Origin: a virus
Lineage: Duplodnaviria; Caudoviricetes
IMG/VR virus record: IMGVR_UViG_3300012933_000262
Coordinates: 1 to 33,026 of that record
DNA: 33,026 nucleotides
Strand: one strand, 5' to 3'
Position numbers and translations under genes: made by a program. How positions within the stretch are numbered: position 1 is the stretch's first letter; every line of letters begins with the position of its first letter. Below the pieces are notes generated by a model. That model saw only the letters and a list, made by a program, of their open reading frames with translations, was not told where the DNA came from and did no database searches. Shown one piece after another: positions 24,810 to 33,026 of the stretch.

Positions 24810-25264
24810 ACACTATTTATGCTACTATTTACCTCTGCCTCAGTTTTAAAAGGACCAATGTACTCATAACGTTGCACAAAGATGTATTTAGGGCAAAGAA
24901 TCGGGGTAAACTCATCACCTTGCTTCATTGCAAACCATCCAGCAGCATGATAGCACTTACTCTTGGGAGTTTCAGTGAATAGATGCAATTTACGTTTTAC
25001 ATCGTACATGTGATTGTATGTGCGATTCTTTGATGTTGGGTATACTGCGAATAGAGGTTCAGTAGATTTTATTGGCTTAGGTGTCGATTCAAATTCAATT
25101 TGAACTTTCTTTTCAATTTGCTTCTTAGAGTCAAAGTGTTGGATGTTGTTTCCAATCTTAACGTCAAAGCCGCTTCCTTCTGCAACCACGTTGCCTACTT
25201 TTTTGTTTCCGTCAGTGACGACCCAAAATTCATTCTTAATAATTGGTTTAGCTGTTAGCGACAT
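24806..25264 (-). CDS. Hypothetical phage protein
   Basis: AAGGA SD; SKCYHAAGW...CPKYIFVQRYEYIGPFKT. Confidence 0.8.
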   Translation of the reverse strand: MSLTAKPIIKNEFWVVTDGNKKVGNVVAEGSGFDVKIGNNIQHFDSKKQIEKKVQIEFESTPKPIKSTEPLFAVYPTSKNRTYNHMYDVKRKLHLFTETPKSKCYHAAGWFAMKQGDEFTPILCPKYIFVQRYEYIGPFKTEAEVNSSINSV

Positions 25265-25733
25265 TCATTTCATCCTTTGTTAATTTGTATACAAACATAA
25301 ACTGCTCATAGGCGAGTTTTACTGCCGGTACTTCTAGCATGTTAAATGCTTCTTGTTCTAATGCTTTTATTCCCTCTTCTGCTACTTCTCTAGCACTGGG
25401 CCATTCAAGTTGTTTAGCACTATCTCCGAAAACTGCAACTAGATTATCCCATGCTGCTTTTTCTTCGGGGGTTAACTCTCGTTGTCTATCTTTGTATTGT
25501 AATCTTAATTCACCTGCTTTTACAATAGCTCTGGACAAAGCATCTTCGCCGGTTCTACCTGCGGCAATTAATGGAGCGTACATAGGGTCAACGTTATAGC
25601 GTGTAGATGTACCACCGGGATAGACCATAACCAAGTGAGTTCCTTTAGGCAAGGCATACGTCAGGTCACTGTCGTATTCACTTACCGGTACATATTTTCT
25701 ACCTATCTTTTCGTAAAAGATTTTCTTAGTCAC
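25248..25733 (-). CDS. Hypothetical protein
   Basis: GGAG SD before the GTG at 25733; YEKIGRKYVPVSEYD. Confidence 0.7.
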   Translation of the reverse strand: MTKKIFYEKIGRKYVPVSEYDSDLTYALPKGTHLVMVYPGGTSTRYNVDPMYAPLIAAGRTGEDALSRAIVKAGELRLQYKDRQRELTPEEKAAWDNLVAVFGDSAKQLEWPSAREVAEEGIKALEQEAFNMLEVPAVKLAYEQFMFVYKLTKDEMNVANS

Positions 25734-25953
25734 TAAGTTTCTCCCACATGTAATCTGTTTCTTTAACACATGCTACTGTTTTTAGGTAACCATCAGCCAT
25801 TGCTTTATGAATCATTAATTTCATATTAGAAGGACATACATCAGAGACTTCGATGTAAGCACGAGGTGAAAGTTTAATACCATCTGAGATAAAGAAGTCA
25901 TAATCACCTTGACGAATCTCTCTAATCTTTGTATCGTTGACAACGAAGGTCAT
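25726..25953 (-). CDS. Hypothetical protein
   Basis: ATG at 25953 overlaps the upstream stop. Confidence 0.65.
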   Translation of the reverse strand: MTFVVNDTKIREIRQGDYDFFISDGIKLSPRAYIEVSDVCPSNMKLMIHKAMADGYLKTVACVKETDYMWEKLSD

Positions 25954-26180
25954 TTTTTCAACTCTTCCCACATAAGTTTCTTAGCACGGGCGTCTAACTC
26001 TTTTCGTTCAAGTTCAATCATATCCCATGCCATCAAGTTCATCCATTTAGCTAACGCTTCTTTGCCGCGCTCAGTCAAGTGGCTGTAGTCTCTACCTACT
26101 CCACTATGATAATACAAGTCTCTATCTTTGATAATCTCAAAGAGACCGGCGTAGATTTGTTTATGCAGAATGTGATGCAT
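25950..26180 (-). CDS. Hypothetical protein
   Basis: Likely start MHHILH at 26180, overlapping the exonuclease 3' end. Confidence 0.6.
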   Translation of the reverse strand: MHHILHKQIYAGLFEIIKDRDLYYHSGVGRDYSHLTERGKEALAKWMNLMAWDMIELERKELDARAKKLMWEELKK

Positions 26181-27177
26181 GTAACGAGCCTTGATATGTG
26201 CTATTAAGCCACTGAACATAGCTTGTAGCTTGGTCAGAAATGCGGGTGAGTTCATATTTGCCACAGAATTTTAGAAAGTGAAGTCCGGTTTGGGGAGTGA
26301 TATCTCGCTTCAAGTCATTGCGAATCATTGCATCAACCTTATCCTTGATGTCCTGAGGTTGAGCATTCAAGTCGATAAGGGTCTTGTTCAATTCATAACG
26401 GTCTTTGACGCGGTGCTCGACCTCGTTGTGGTCAACCCACCGACTAAGCATGAACGTGTTCCATTTATATCCCTGTGCGTTACGGTCCTCGTATGCTTCC
26501 ATGATACCGACACTATTCTTAGTGCCTTTCTCACGCACACCCGGCCAAGCACTGAATACGTTGTCGCCCGAATCACCCCGAATAATCTTCTTAAAAAGTA
26601 AATAGTCAGGAGTACCTTCTAATAGTTTGGGAGTCTTGTCTTTGTTCAGTACTTGTTTACCGTTATCTTTCCAATAACCATCTAAACGAATTGTCTCGTT
26701 AGTCACGCCATTATATTGTGTGACGTTATCTGAAATTAATTGTGTGTAGTCGCCATCTGTGCTGACAATCACATGTTCATCATCTGGATGCAATTTTATG
26801 AAACGTGCAATAACATCATCAGCCTCTGCTTCGGGGTGACGCAGGACACTACAGTTAGTTTTCTCACGCAAGAAAGTTGTGAACACATCATAGGTTTCCC
26901 AAAAAAGAACGTTTTCTTCTTTCTCTGCCTCAGTTGCAGCTTGTTGTGCTACTGCACGATGTGCCTTGTACTGAGGATAGATTGACTTCCGCCACGATTT
27001 CCCCTCCAAGCAAAATATCACGTGGTCAATTTTATGATTTCTCACAACCATATTTGTGCTTGCTAGAGTAAGATGCAATGCCATACCCAACTTTGCCCAC
27101 TCGTCCATACCCCTGCTTGCGATGTGTCGAGCGCGGAAGAAAGTGTTTGCAGTATCAATTAGTGCGTAACGTGCCAT
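26161..27177 (-). CDS. rnh: T4 RNase H-like 5'-3' exonuclease (FEN-1/PIN fold)
   Basis: LIDTAN, SWRKSIYPQYKAHR, EAEADDVIA, VSTDGDYTQL, GDSGDNV. Confidence 0.92.
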   Translation of the reverse strand: MARYALIDTANTFFRARHIASRGMDEWAKLGMALHLTLASTNMVVRNHKIDHVIFCLEGKSWRKSIYPQYKAHRAVAQQAATEAEKEENVLFWETYDVFTTFLREKTNCSVLRHPEAEADDVIARFIKLHPDDEHVIVSTDGDYTQLISDNVTQYNGVTNETIRLDGYWKDNGKQVLNKDKTPKLLEGTPDYLLFKKIIRGDSGDNVFSAWPGVREKGTKNSVGIMEAYEDRNAQGYKWNTFMLSRWVDHNEVEHRVKDRYELNKTLIDLNAQPQDIKDKVDAMIRNDLKRDITPQTGLHFLKFCGKYELTRISDQATSYVQWLNSTYQGSLHASHSA

Positions 27178-27209
27178 GTGTTCCTTATGTATTCGTATAT
27201 AATGCGTAA

Positions 27210-27238
27210 ATTATACGCATATATTTCGTTGTTGTCAA
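27210..27238 (-). promoter_or_regulatory. Sigma70-type promoter with short inverted repeat over the -10 box
   Basis: TTGACA-N17-TATAAT; ATGCGTA/TACGCAT at 27202-27220. Confidence 0.8.
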
Positions 27239-27239
27239 G

Positions 27240-27662
27240 TTAAATGGTTTCTAGATACTTTTTCGGGAACATCCGAACTTTGTCCAAAAACTTAGCGTCC
27301 TTGACTGAATCAGTCATATAGTCACTTTTGATTTTCTTGATTGCCAGATTGTTCTCTGCAATGATTTTATCAACAATTGATTCAATGTACGCTCCGTTGA
27401 TATGCTTAAACTTTCGATTCACATACTCAGTGGGAGACTTGTGAAACTCTGGGTTTTCAAGATAGTCATACAAGATAGACTTGACTTTGACTTCCAGAAT
27501 CGTAACTTGTTCCTCGTGTCCTTCTTCTACTACGTATAAAAAAGAGGGAGCAAATTTGAAATTACCCTTGTTATAACCCTTGAAACGATTCTTGACAATT
27601 TCACATTTGCCCGGCTTCCACTTAGAGTGAACTAATGCAATGTATAAGAAATTGAAAATCAT
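27240..27662 (-). CDS. Hypothetical protein, divergent GIY-YIG/T5orf172-like
   Basis: FLYIA...KPGK...NRFKGYNKGN...LEVKVK...TEY pattern (Y-I, K-x-G, R, Y, E). Confidence 0.5.
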   Translation of the reverse strand: MIFNFLYIALVHSKWKPGKCEIVKNRFKGYNKGNFKFAPSFLYVVEEGHEEQVTILEVKVKSILYDYLENPEFHKSPTEYVNRKFKHINGAYIESIVDKIIAENNLAIKKIKSDYMTDSVKDAKFLDKVRMFPKKYLETI

Positions 27663-28879
27663 TTGAAATCCTTGATAAGTTTATGTTTTGCTTTTGGCAA
27701 GCAACTAATAACATCTACACCTGCATCATTGAATCGTGCGTACACGTTAGACGGGATGCAAGCATAGTTGCCGCCCACTTTTTTGTGTAGCTTCAACCAA
27801 AGAACCAATGAAAAATCTTTCTGCGGCTGAGGAGTTTTCTTTTCAGGAACTAGTGCTGTCTTGCGATAGTAGTTTTCCCAAACTTGCACAGCAAAGTCGC
27901 GGAACCCAGCTGGAGTAGTACCGAATTTCTGCATCACACATGCCATTTCATACATGAATTGTTCATGTTGTTTGCTCTTAAATTCATCAGGGTCAGTTTT
28001 GTTTAAGTCAATCAGCTTGCGTAATGTTGACAATGGACCCAATTCGATTGAATCGACTACTTCACTATCCCAAAAAGTCTTGTGATTCTTACCGATAAAA
28101 TCCACATCATCAACTTTCAACTTGATGAAGTTTGCCAAGTTATTAATTGCACCTGGCAAGCATGTGTTTCGCCCGCTCAGTGGATGCACTGGATACATTT
28201 GCCAAGATTCTGCTGTCACTTGCAAGTTGTAACGATTCTTTGCAAGTACGTCATCACATTTTGTTACGTCACCTGCATAATCTTGACGAACTTTTAACAC
28301 GTAGTTTTGATACAAATCAAATTCAACTAGAGGCAAGCGGTCATCACCGTTAGTACCCATGAAGTGGTCTCGGCAAAAACTCATGTCAACATTGCCATCT
28401 TCATCAGGTACTAATGTAACAACTTGACAACGAACTTTAAGATTTTTCCAACCACGCTTATTTACGTCAGGGTAACGTCCAGTGGCAGCACGAACACCAT
28501 GTGCGATGCTAGTGTGATTGCCCTCAACGATCCAGTATTCTTTAGTCAGTGGATTGTAAACTACGATAGGGAACAATGGGCGGCGAGAGTCCCAGTTGTC
28601 AATTGCAATTTTAATACAATGTTGCATATTGAACGGGCGCTGAATAGAACGAGCAACTTTTAATGATTTGATTGCAATGTCCATTACCTCAGGCTGCTCA
28701 CAATATTCTTGTGGCTTCGTTGAAGTGTTTGCTGGAATGTTAGCTGGGAGTTGAGATAACACTGATAGAATTTCTGATTCTAACGTGACTACATCATAAT
28801 CACCGGGCTTTTTATCTAACGTATTTACAGGACGTTCTGTCACTTTTACGTTAGACTTTGTGAATACAAAATTTGCCAT
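27659..28879 (-). CDS. ParB/Sulfiredoxin-superfamily (DGQHR/DndB-like) N-terminal domain protein
   Basis: LKVARSIQRPFN...I...NWD...PIVVY...YWIVEGNHT (QR plus a DGQH-like motif); downstream F...N helix. Confidence 0.7.
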   Translation of the reverse strand: MANFVFTKSNVKVTERPVNTLDKKPGDYDVVTLESEILSVLSQLPANIPANTSTKPQEYCEQPEVMDIAIKSLKVARSIQRPFNMQHCIKIAIDNWDSRRPLFPIVVYNPLTKEYWIVEGNHTSIAHGVRAATGRYPDVNKRGWKNLKVRCQVVTLVPDEDGNVDMSFCRDHFMGTNGDDRLPLVEFDLYQNYVLKVRQDYAGDVTKCDDVLAKNRYNLQVTAESWQMYPVHPLSGRNTCLPGAINNLANFIKLKVDDVDFIGKNHKTFWDSEVVDSIELGPLSTLRKLIDLNKTDPDEFKSKQHEQFMYEMACVMQKFGTTPAGFRDFAVQVWENYYRKTALVPEKKTPQPQKDFSLVLWLKLHKKVGGNYACIPSNVYARFNDAGVDVISCLPKAKHKLIKDFK

Positions 28880-28909
28880 TTAAACCTCTATTAGTTAAAC
28901 AATACGTAT

Positions 28910-28938
28910 ATTATACAACCAAAAGAGTTATTTGTCAA
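28910..28938 (-). promoter_or_regulatory. Sigma70-type early promoter
   Basis: TTGACA-N17-TATAAT. Confidence 0.85.
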
Positions 28939-28957
28939 CCTTTATTTTTGTACTACT

Positions 28958-29374
28958 TTAGCTTACTTCTGTGCGACCGTTGCCCAGGTCTTTGTTGAAA
29001 ATGGTTCTCATATCGTTGCGATTGTCAGGATCAGCGATATTTTGCTCATACATTTCTAATACTATAGTTCTACAAACGTCCTGAAACCACCGATCCACGA
29101 TGTCCTGGTCAGTGTCTTCTTTCTTTTTCATGTACCCTGCTTTTACAAGTTGAGTAATGAAGATGCTGTTCCAGTCAAGTTCAAACGAACCCTCATGAAT
29201 ATTTACAGGATTTAATTCCATACCAATCACGTTGATGTATGGTTCTCCTGCTTGTGTAGCTTTTTCTTTTTGAGTTAGTTCAGGAGCTTTCTTTTCACGA
29301 GGCTTCTTCTCTTTAACTACTTTCTCTGGCTCTGGCTTCTTACCAAAGTTTTTCAGTTTATCAAATAATCCCAT
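28958..29374 (-). CDS. Conserved hypothetical phage protein
   Basis: GEPYINV...GSFELDWN...GY...IVDRWFQDVCR. Confidence 0.8.
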   Translation of the reverse strand: MGLFDKLKNFGKKPEPEKVVKEKKPREKKAPELTQKEKATQAGEPYINVIGMELNPVNIHEGSFELDWNSIFITQLVKAGYMKKKEDTDQDIVDRWFQDVCRTIVLEMYEQNIADPDNRNDMRTIFNKDLGNGRTEVS

Positions 29375-30392
29375 CTTGTTTTGCTTTCTCGTATAGTTTG
29401 TGGCTTGCTAAGTTCTTAGCTTTACTTTCGCACATCATATCGAATTTATCTAAGAATGATAGTGCCCAATTATTTACTGAGTCATTCCAGTAGTAATCAG
29501 AATGTGCGCGGAGCTTTTGTTTACTTAGTCCACTATCAATTAGCTGAGTGTGGTCTGGGCTAACTGTAGCTGAGTGCCCCACAAGTACATCCTCACGACT
29601 AACACTATAGTGTAGAGTAGGACGAGTACCGCGCCAGCTATCGATAACACGTTTGACGCGGTCATCGCTAGGCGAGATGTATTCCCCTTCCCTGATCCAA
29701 TGATGATGAATGTCAAGTACAGTGGGAACGATATCAGAAAGTAAAAGAGTATCGCTAAGTCCATGTGTGTATTCCTCGTTCTCTAGTGTTAGACAGTTAC
29801 GTGCTTCAGGGCTAAGACGGCCATATACATCCCTAATGCCTTGCGGGCCCTTGCGTCCTGAGATATGTACGTTGATTTTAAAATCTTGGAATGACTTGCC
29901 ATAACCAAGCCAGCGGGCCATGTCTGCATGATACTCGAACTCCTCAATTGATTTTTCTACTACTTCTTCGCGGTCACTTGCTAACACAACGAACTGGTCG
30001 GGGTGAAAACTTAGACGAACATTGTTTTGTCGTGCTGTTTCACCTAGTGGGGCAAACCATCGAGCAAGTGAATCTTGCATGTACTTGCTTTGCCAGAAGT
30101 CTGTATAGTCATCATGTGTGTAGAATGACAACATATCACTAGTCAATCGCAACATGCGTAATTCATTAGGAAGTGTTGCGACCTTCTTAATGAGTTCGTG
30201 GGTATTGAGAATGTTTGTTTTTGCAACGTCAATAATCTTTTGCTCCACGATATCACGCTTGTTACGATTCGCCCATGCAAGAGTAGTGCCGCCGGTGTTC
30301 AAACCAGCAGTACTTACAATCTCGCCCTTTTTATTGACTTCTGCCCATTTGCAAGCAAAGCCGATACGTTTAGTGTGTGTAGATGTAGTCAT
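29361..30392 (-). CDS. uvsE: UV DNA damage repair endonuclease UvsE
   Basis: RIGFACK, RLSFHPDQFVVLAS, INVHISG, LTLENEE, VLDIHHHW, RAHSD, MCESKAKNLA. Confidence 0.93.
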   Translation of the reverse strand: MTTSTHTKRIGFACKWAEVNKKGEIVSTAGLNTGGTTLAWANRNKRDIVEQKIIDVAKTNILNTHELIKKVATLPNELRMLRLTSDMLSFYTHDDYTDFWQSKYMQDSLARWFAPLGETARQNNVRLSFHPDQFVVLASDREEVVEKSIEEFEYHADMARWLGYGKSFQDFKINVHISGRKGPQGIRDVYGRLSPEARNCLTLENEEYTHGLSDTLLLSDIVPTVLDIHHHWIREGEYISPSDDRVKRVIDSWRGTRPTLHYSVSREDVLVGHSATVSPDHTQLIDSGLSKQKLRAHSDYYWNDSVNNWALSFLDKFDMMCESKAKNLASHKLYEKAKQDGII

Positions 30393-30398
30393 AGCGAT

Positions 30399-30427
30399 AG
30401 TATAACACACTATTCAATTTTTAGCAA
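30399..30427 (-). promoter_or_regulatory. Sigma70-type promoter, probably giving a leaderless uvsE mRNA
   Basis: TTGCTA-N17-TATACT, 6 nt before the ATG at 30392. Confidence 0.55.
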
Positions 30428-31240
30428 GTCCTCAATTGAGTAAATGGATTTCATGTAAGGGCTAACGTCTTCCAGTACACTAGACGGAAGGTCCCCTTTC
30501 CTGCGAGGACCTGACTTAATACAAAAGTCTACATCATTTACTTCACGAAACAAGTTAACCATTTCTTTCACAGTGTAGCCAACGCCATGACCCAAACATT
30601 CGATACTGTTGCTAGGTTGTTCAATCGCTGTTTTGATTGCTTCGCAGATTTCCATGACATGAACGTAGTCTCTTAGACAAGTTCCGTCCCCATGTATAGT
30701 TTCATAGTCAGTGCCATGTATCGTAAATGTACCCGTGTCAATAGCTTTGATTAGGTTCGACATTAACCCATCGGGGTTTGTAGGTGCAAATCCTGCTGAA
30801 CCAATCACGTTGTAGAATCTAAATGTAGTGTATGGGATATTCTTAAACGTACACCATTCACGCACACAATCTTCTGCGGCTTTCTTACTAGTACCGTATG
30901 CGCTAGTGCATCCGTCTGCTGCTCCGGTGCTTGCAAAGACAAAATTCTTAAACTTAACTGTGTTCATTACATTCAACGTACCGCAGAAGTTAGTCATGTA
31001 ATAGTCTGTTGGATGTGTTTCACTTTGACCTACATTAACTAGTGCGGCTAAGTGAATGACACAATCAAATTCAATACTATTAGCGGGAACGTTTTGTCTA
31101 ATGTCGTGTTTGTAGTGTTTGGTTACTGGATGTTGAGGTTTGTTCAAATCCATACCGTACAACTCATACTCACCGTCTAGTAGCTTAGACAAGTGACTGC
31201 CTATGTAACCTGAGTTACCTGTGATTAGAATTTTCTTCAT
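30410..31240 (-). CDS. NAD-dependent epimerase/dehydratase (GalE-like extended SDR)
   Basis: ILITGNSGYIGSH, HLAALVNVGQS, YGTSK (YxxxK), FRFYNVIG, DGTCLRDYVHV, RRKGD. Confidence 0.9.
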   Translation of the reverse strand: MKKILITGNSGYIGSHLSKLLDGEYELYGMDLNKPQHPVTKHYKHDIRQNVPANSIEFDCVIHLAALVNVGQSETHPTDYYMTNFCGTLNVMNTVKFKNFVFASTGAADGCTSAYGTSKKAAEDCVREWCTFKNIPYTTFRFYNVIGSAGFAPTNPDGLMSNLIKAIDTGTFTIHGTDYETIHGDGTCLRDYVHVMEICEAIKTAIEQPSNSIECLGHGVGYTVKEMVNLFREVNDVDFCIKSGPRRKGDLPSSVLEDVSPYMKSIYSIEDLLKIE

Positions 31241-32610
31241 TAAAATGAAAACAAACTTGCGCCTGTAGTTTCCTCTTGTGGCTCGAAGCTAGGATCCTTT
31301 GATAAGTAAGTATCATCGTCAGTGTAGATAACTCTAAACTTACTACGATTGGTCAACGCTGAACGGCAATCGTCAATACAAATAATCTTACGTCCCAAGT
31401 CTCTGATAAAATCACTATACTTAACTGTTTCGTTTTGTAGAATCTTAGCAGTGCTGCTATTAGATTGCTTAGAAGTAAACTCACTAAAGCAACTGTTCCA
31501 CTTGTGGAATGCCTTTGCTTCTTGGTGTTTAGCATGGTCTAGTGAACCTAAGTTGTACCAAGTCTCAGCCTTTTCAAAACTACCATACAACTGTTTTGCT
31601 CGTTCAGCCATATCTTTCTTAGTACAGGTATAGAAATAGTCACCGTTGAAATTCTTAGTCCACCGCTGATTCTCTAATACTAATGTCGGCAATTGTATAT
31701 GTTGCTCATAGAAAGCCATACCATAACTCTCAACGATACTTGGATTGAAGGCAATTCGTGCTGAGGTCATGAAGTCAACTTTCTCTTGACCAATGATACC
31801 AACTTTGATTTCGTACTGCACACCAATCTTTTTTAGACGTTCTTCAAACTTCTTAGCACCGTTTGCGCTAGTCATTACTTTAGCAGGTAATTTTGTTTGT
31901 TCAATCAACTCTAAAAACAACTCAGGGTTCTTACCTTCTTCCCAACGACCTACAAACAATATTCCTTCACGAGGTTTGTGATGTTCTTTTAGTAAGTCTT
32001 GTTCACTGATGGGAATAGGTAAATGATATGCTCCTATCTCCGCCGCATTAAATGTACTCTGTGTACCGATGAACACGTTGTCAGTTTGAAGTTGTTGACG
32101 CATCATTACGTTGGTGTTATACAAGAATGGATTCTTAGTATCTTTAAAGATTTGGCTTTCTAAATGTGTGTATGCAATGACCTGGATCACATCCTCGAGT
32201 CCCATTGTACTTGCTACCTGAACTGTCTCGTATGTGTTGCAGACAAATGCATCGTATAGGTTATGCTCTAAACTTTTGACAATTGCATCACGGAAGTTAG
32301 CCATTCTCTCATAGCAGAACGTATCACCATACATGAATATAGAACTATGTCTTCCGTAAATAGTGTCTTTTTTATCTCCGCCCTCGAAGACACTAACTCT
32401 TGATTTATCAGGTGCAATGATGTTAGCAGTTTTCTTTAATGCTTGAATGAATTCATCATCATCCGGCATCTTGTCTGTGATAATATCGACTTTGATATTG
32501 TGACTATCCATCAACTCACAAAAACTCTTAGTGAATTGACCGATACCCCCATGTGGAATCAACGTCTGATAACTGACCAAGAAACCAATTCGCTTATCGT
32601 AGGTTCTCAT
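31240..32610 (-). CDS. GT-B (GT4-like) glycosyltransferase
   Basis: HGGIG N-terminal loop; ILFVGRWEEGKNPE; PSIVESYGMAFYE (ExFG...E). Confidence 0.85.
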   Translation of the reverse strand: MRTYDKRIGFLVSYQTLIPHGGIGQFTKSFCELMDSHNIKVDIITDKMPDDDEFIQALKKTANIIAPDKSRVSVFEGGDKKDTIYGRHSSIFMYGDTFCYERMANFRDAIVKSLEHNLYDAFVCNTYETVQVASTMGLEDVIQVIAYTHLESQIFKDTKNPFLYNTNVMMRQQLQTDNVFIGTQSTFNAAEIGAYHLPIPISEQDLLKEHHKPREGILFVGRWEEGKNPELFLELIEQTKLPAKVMTSANGAKKFEERLKKIGVQYEIKVGIIGQEKVDFMTSARIAFNPSIVESYGMAFYEQHIQLPTLVLENQRWTKNFNGDYFYTCTKKDMAERAKQLYGSFEKAETWYNLGSLDHAKHQEAKAFHKWNSCFSEFTSKQSNSSTAKILQNETVKYSDFIRDLGRKIICIDDCRSALTNRSKFRVIYTDDDTYLSKDPSFEPQEETTGASLFSF

Positions 32611-32837
32611 TTAAATTTACTCTCAATCGCTTTAGCACAATGATACTTTGTACCATCAATCACACTTTGGTCGTATGTCGTAGTACCTTTCAACGTATCC
32701 ATTTCTTCAACTGCATCAATGCACATGTCAACAATATGTTGACCGAATTGGAACAAGGCTTCTTCATCCCATGAATCAGGTGTACCTTGTGCGTACAACC
32801 CTCTCATGTATGCTTGATGTAGAATCTTCTGTCTCAT
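32607..32837 (-). CDS. Hypothetical protein
   Basis: ATGA overlap with the glycosyltransferase start. Confidence 0.7.
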   Translation of the reverse strand: MRQKILHQAYMRGLYAQGTPDSWDEEALFQFGQHIVDMCIDAVEEMDTLKGTTTYDQSVIDGTKYHCAKAIESKFK

Positions 32838-32841
32838 AAAA

Positions 32842-33024
32842 TCACTCGTCTACAGGAATAGTCGGAACAGGATCAGCATCGGCTGCTGGTCTACCGGGCT
32901 TACGTGAACCCCATGGATTAAACTTAGCGCCCTCAACTCTGCCACTTTGTTTATACTCACTATGTTGAATTTTGCCTCCGGCTGCTAAAAATCTTGCAAC
33001 TGGATCGTCTAGTTCATTTACTTG
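32842..33024 (-). CDS. 5'-truncated small protein with SutA-like FLxxGGKIQ motif
   Basis: Hand-translated ...ELDDPVARFLAAGGKIQHSEYKQSG...PVDE*; frame is open to the window edge. Confidence 0.55.
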   Translation of the reverse strand, partial: QVNELDDPVARFLAAGGKIQHSEYKQSGRVEGAKFNPWGSRKPGRPAADADPVPTIPVDE

Positions 33025-33026
33025 TT

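Noticed and set aside
1-33026. Alternative genetic code (stop-codon reassignment)
   Set aside because: Known genes are full length under the standard bacterial code and the coding density is high.

Overview
Gene-dense, AT-rich segment of what looks like a large (jumbo/T4-superfamily-like) lytic dsDNA phage. The likely host is a Betaproteobacterium, inferred from the DnaK sequence. Most genes lie on the minus strand: a protein quality-control/translation cluster (clpX, rpsU/bS21, dnaK, ibpA-like sHSP, clpS), two lipoproteins, an ATP-dependent DNA ligase, many small early genes behind near-consensus sigma70 promoters (three of them near-identical repeats), an RNase H/5'-3' exonuclease, a ParB/DGQHR-like plus GIY-YIG-like pair, UvsE, a GalE-like epimerase and a GT-B glycosyltransferase. 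A plus-strand island (about 17.5-22.1 kb) interrupts this run. It encodes a NarL/LuxR-type regulator, a helical His/Glu protein, a Gly-rich N/Q-rich coiled-coil protein and three paralogous beta-rich fibre-like proteins, with repeated AGTACAGG(T) operator-like sites. This island is the best candidate for an undescribed system. Other signals are ROSE-type RNA thermometers before both ibpA and dnaK, apparently leaderless late genes (TAARTA-N4/5-ATG), and a start-less ORF that may need a +1 frameshift. No tRNA, rRNA, CRISPR array or integrase was seen. All family calls come from motif recognition by eye, without database searches.
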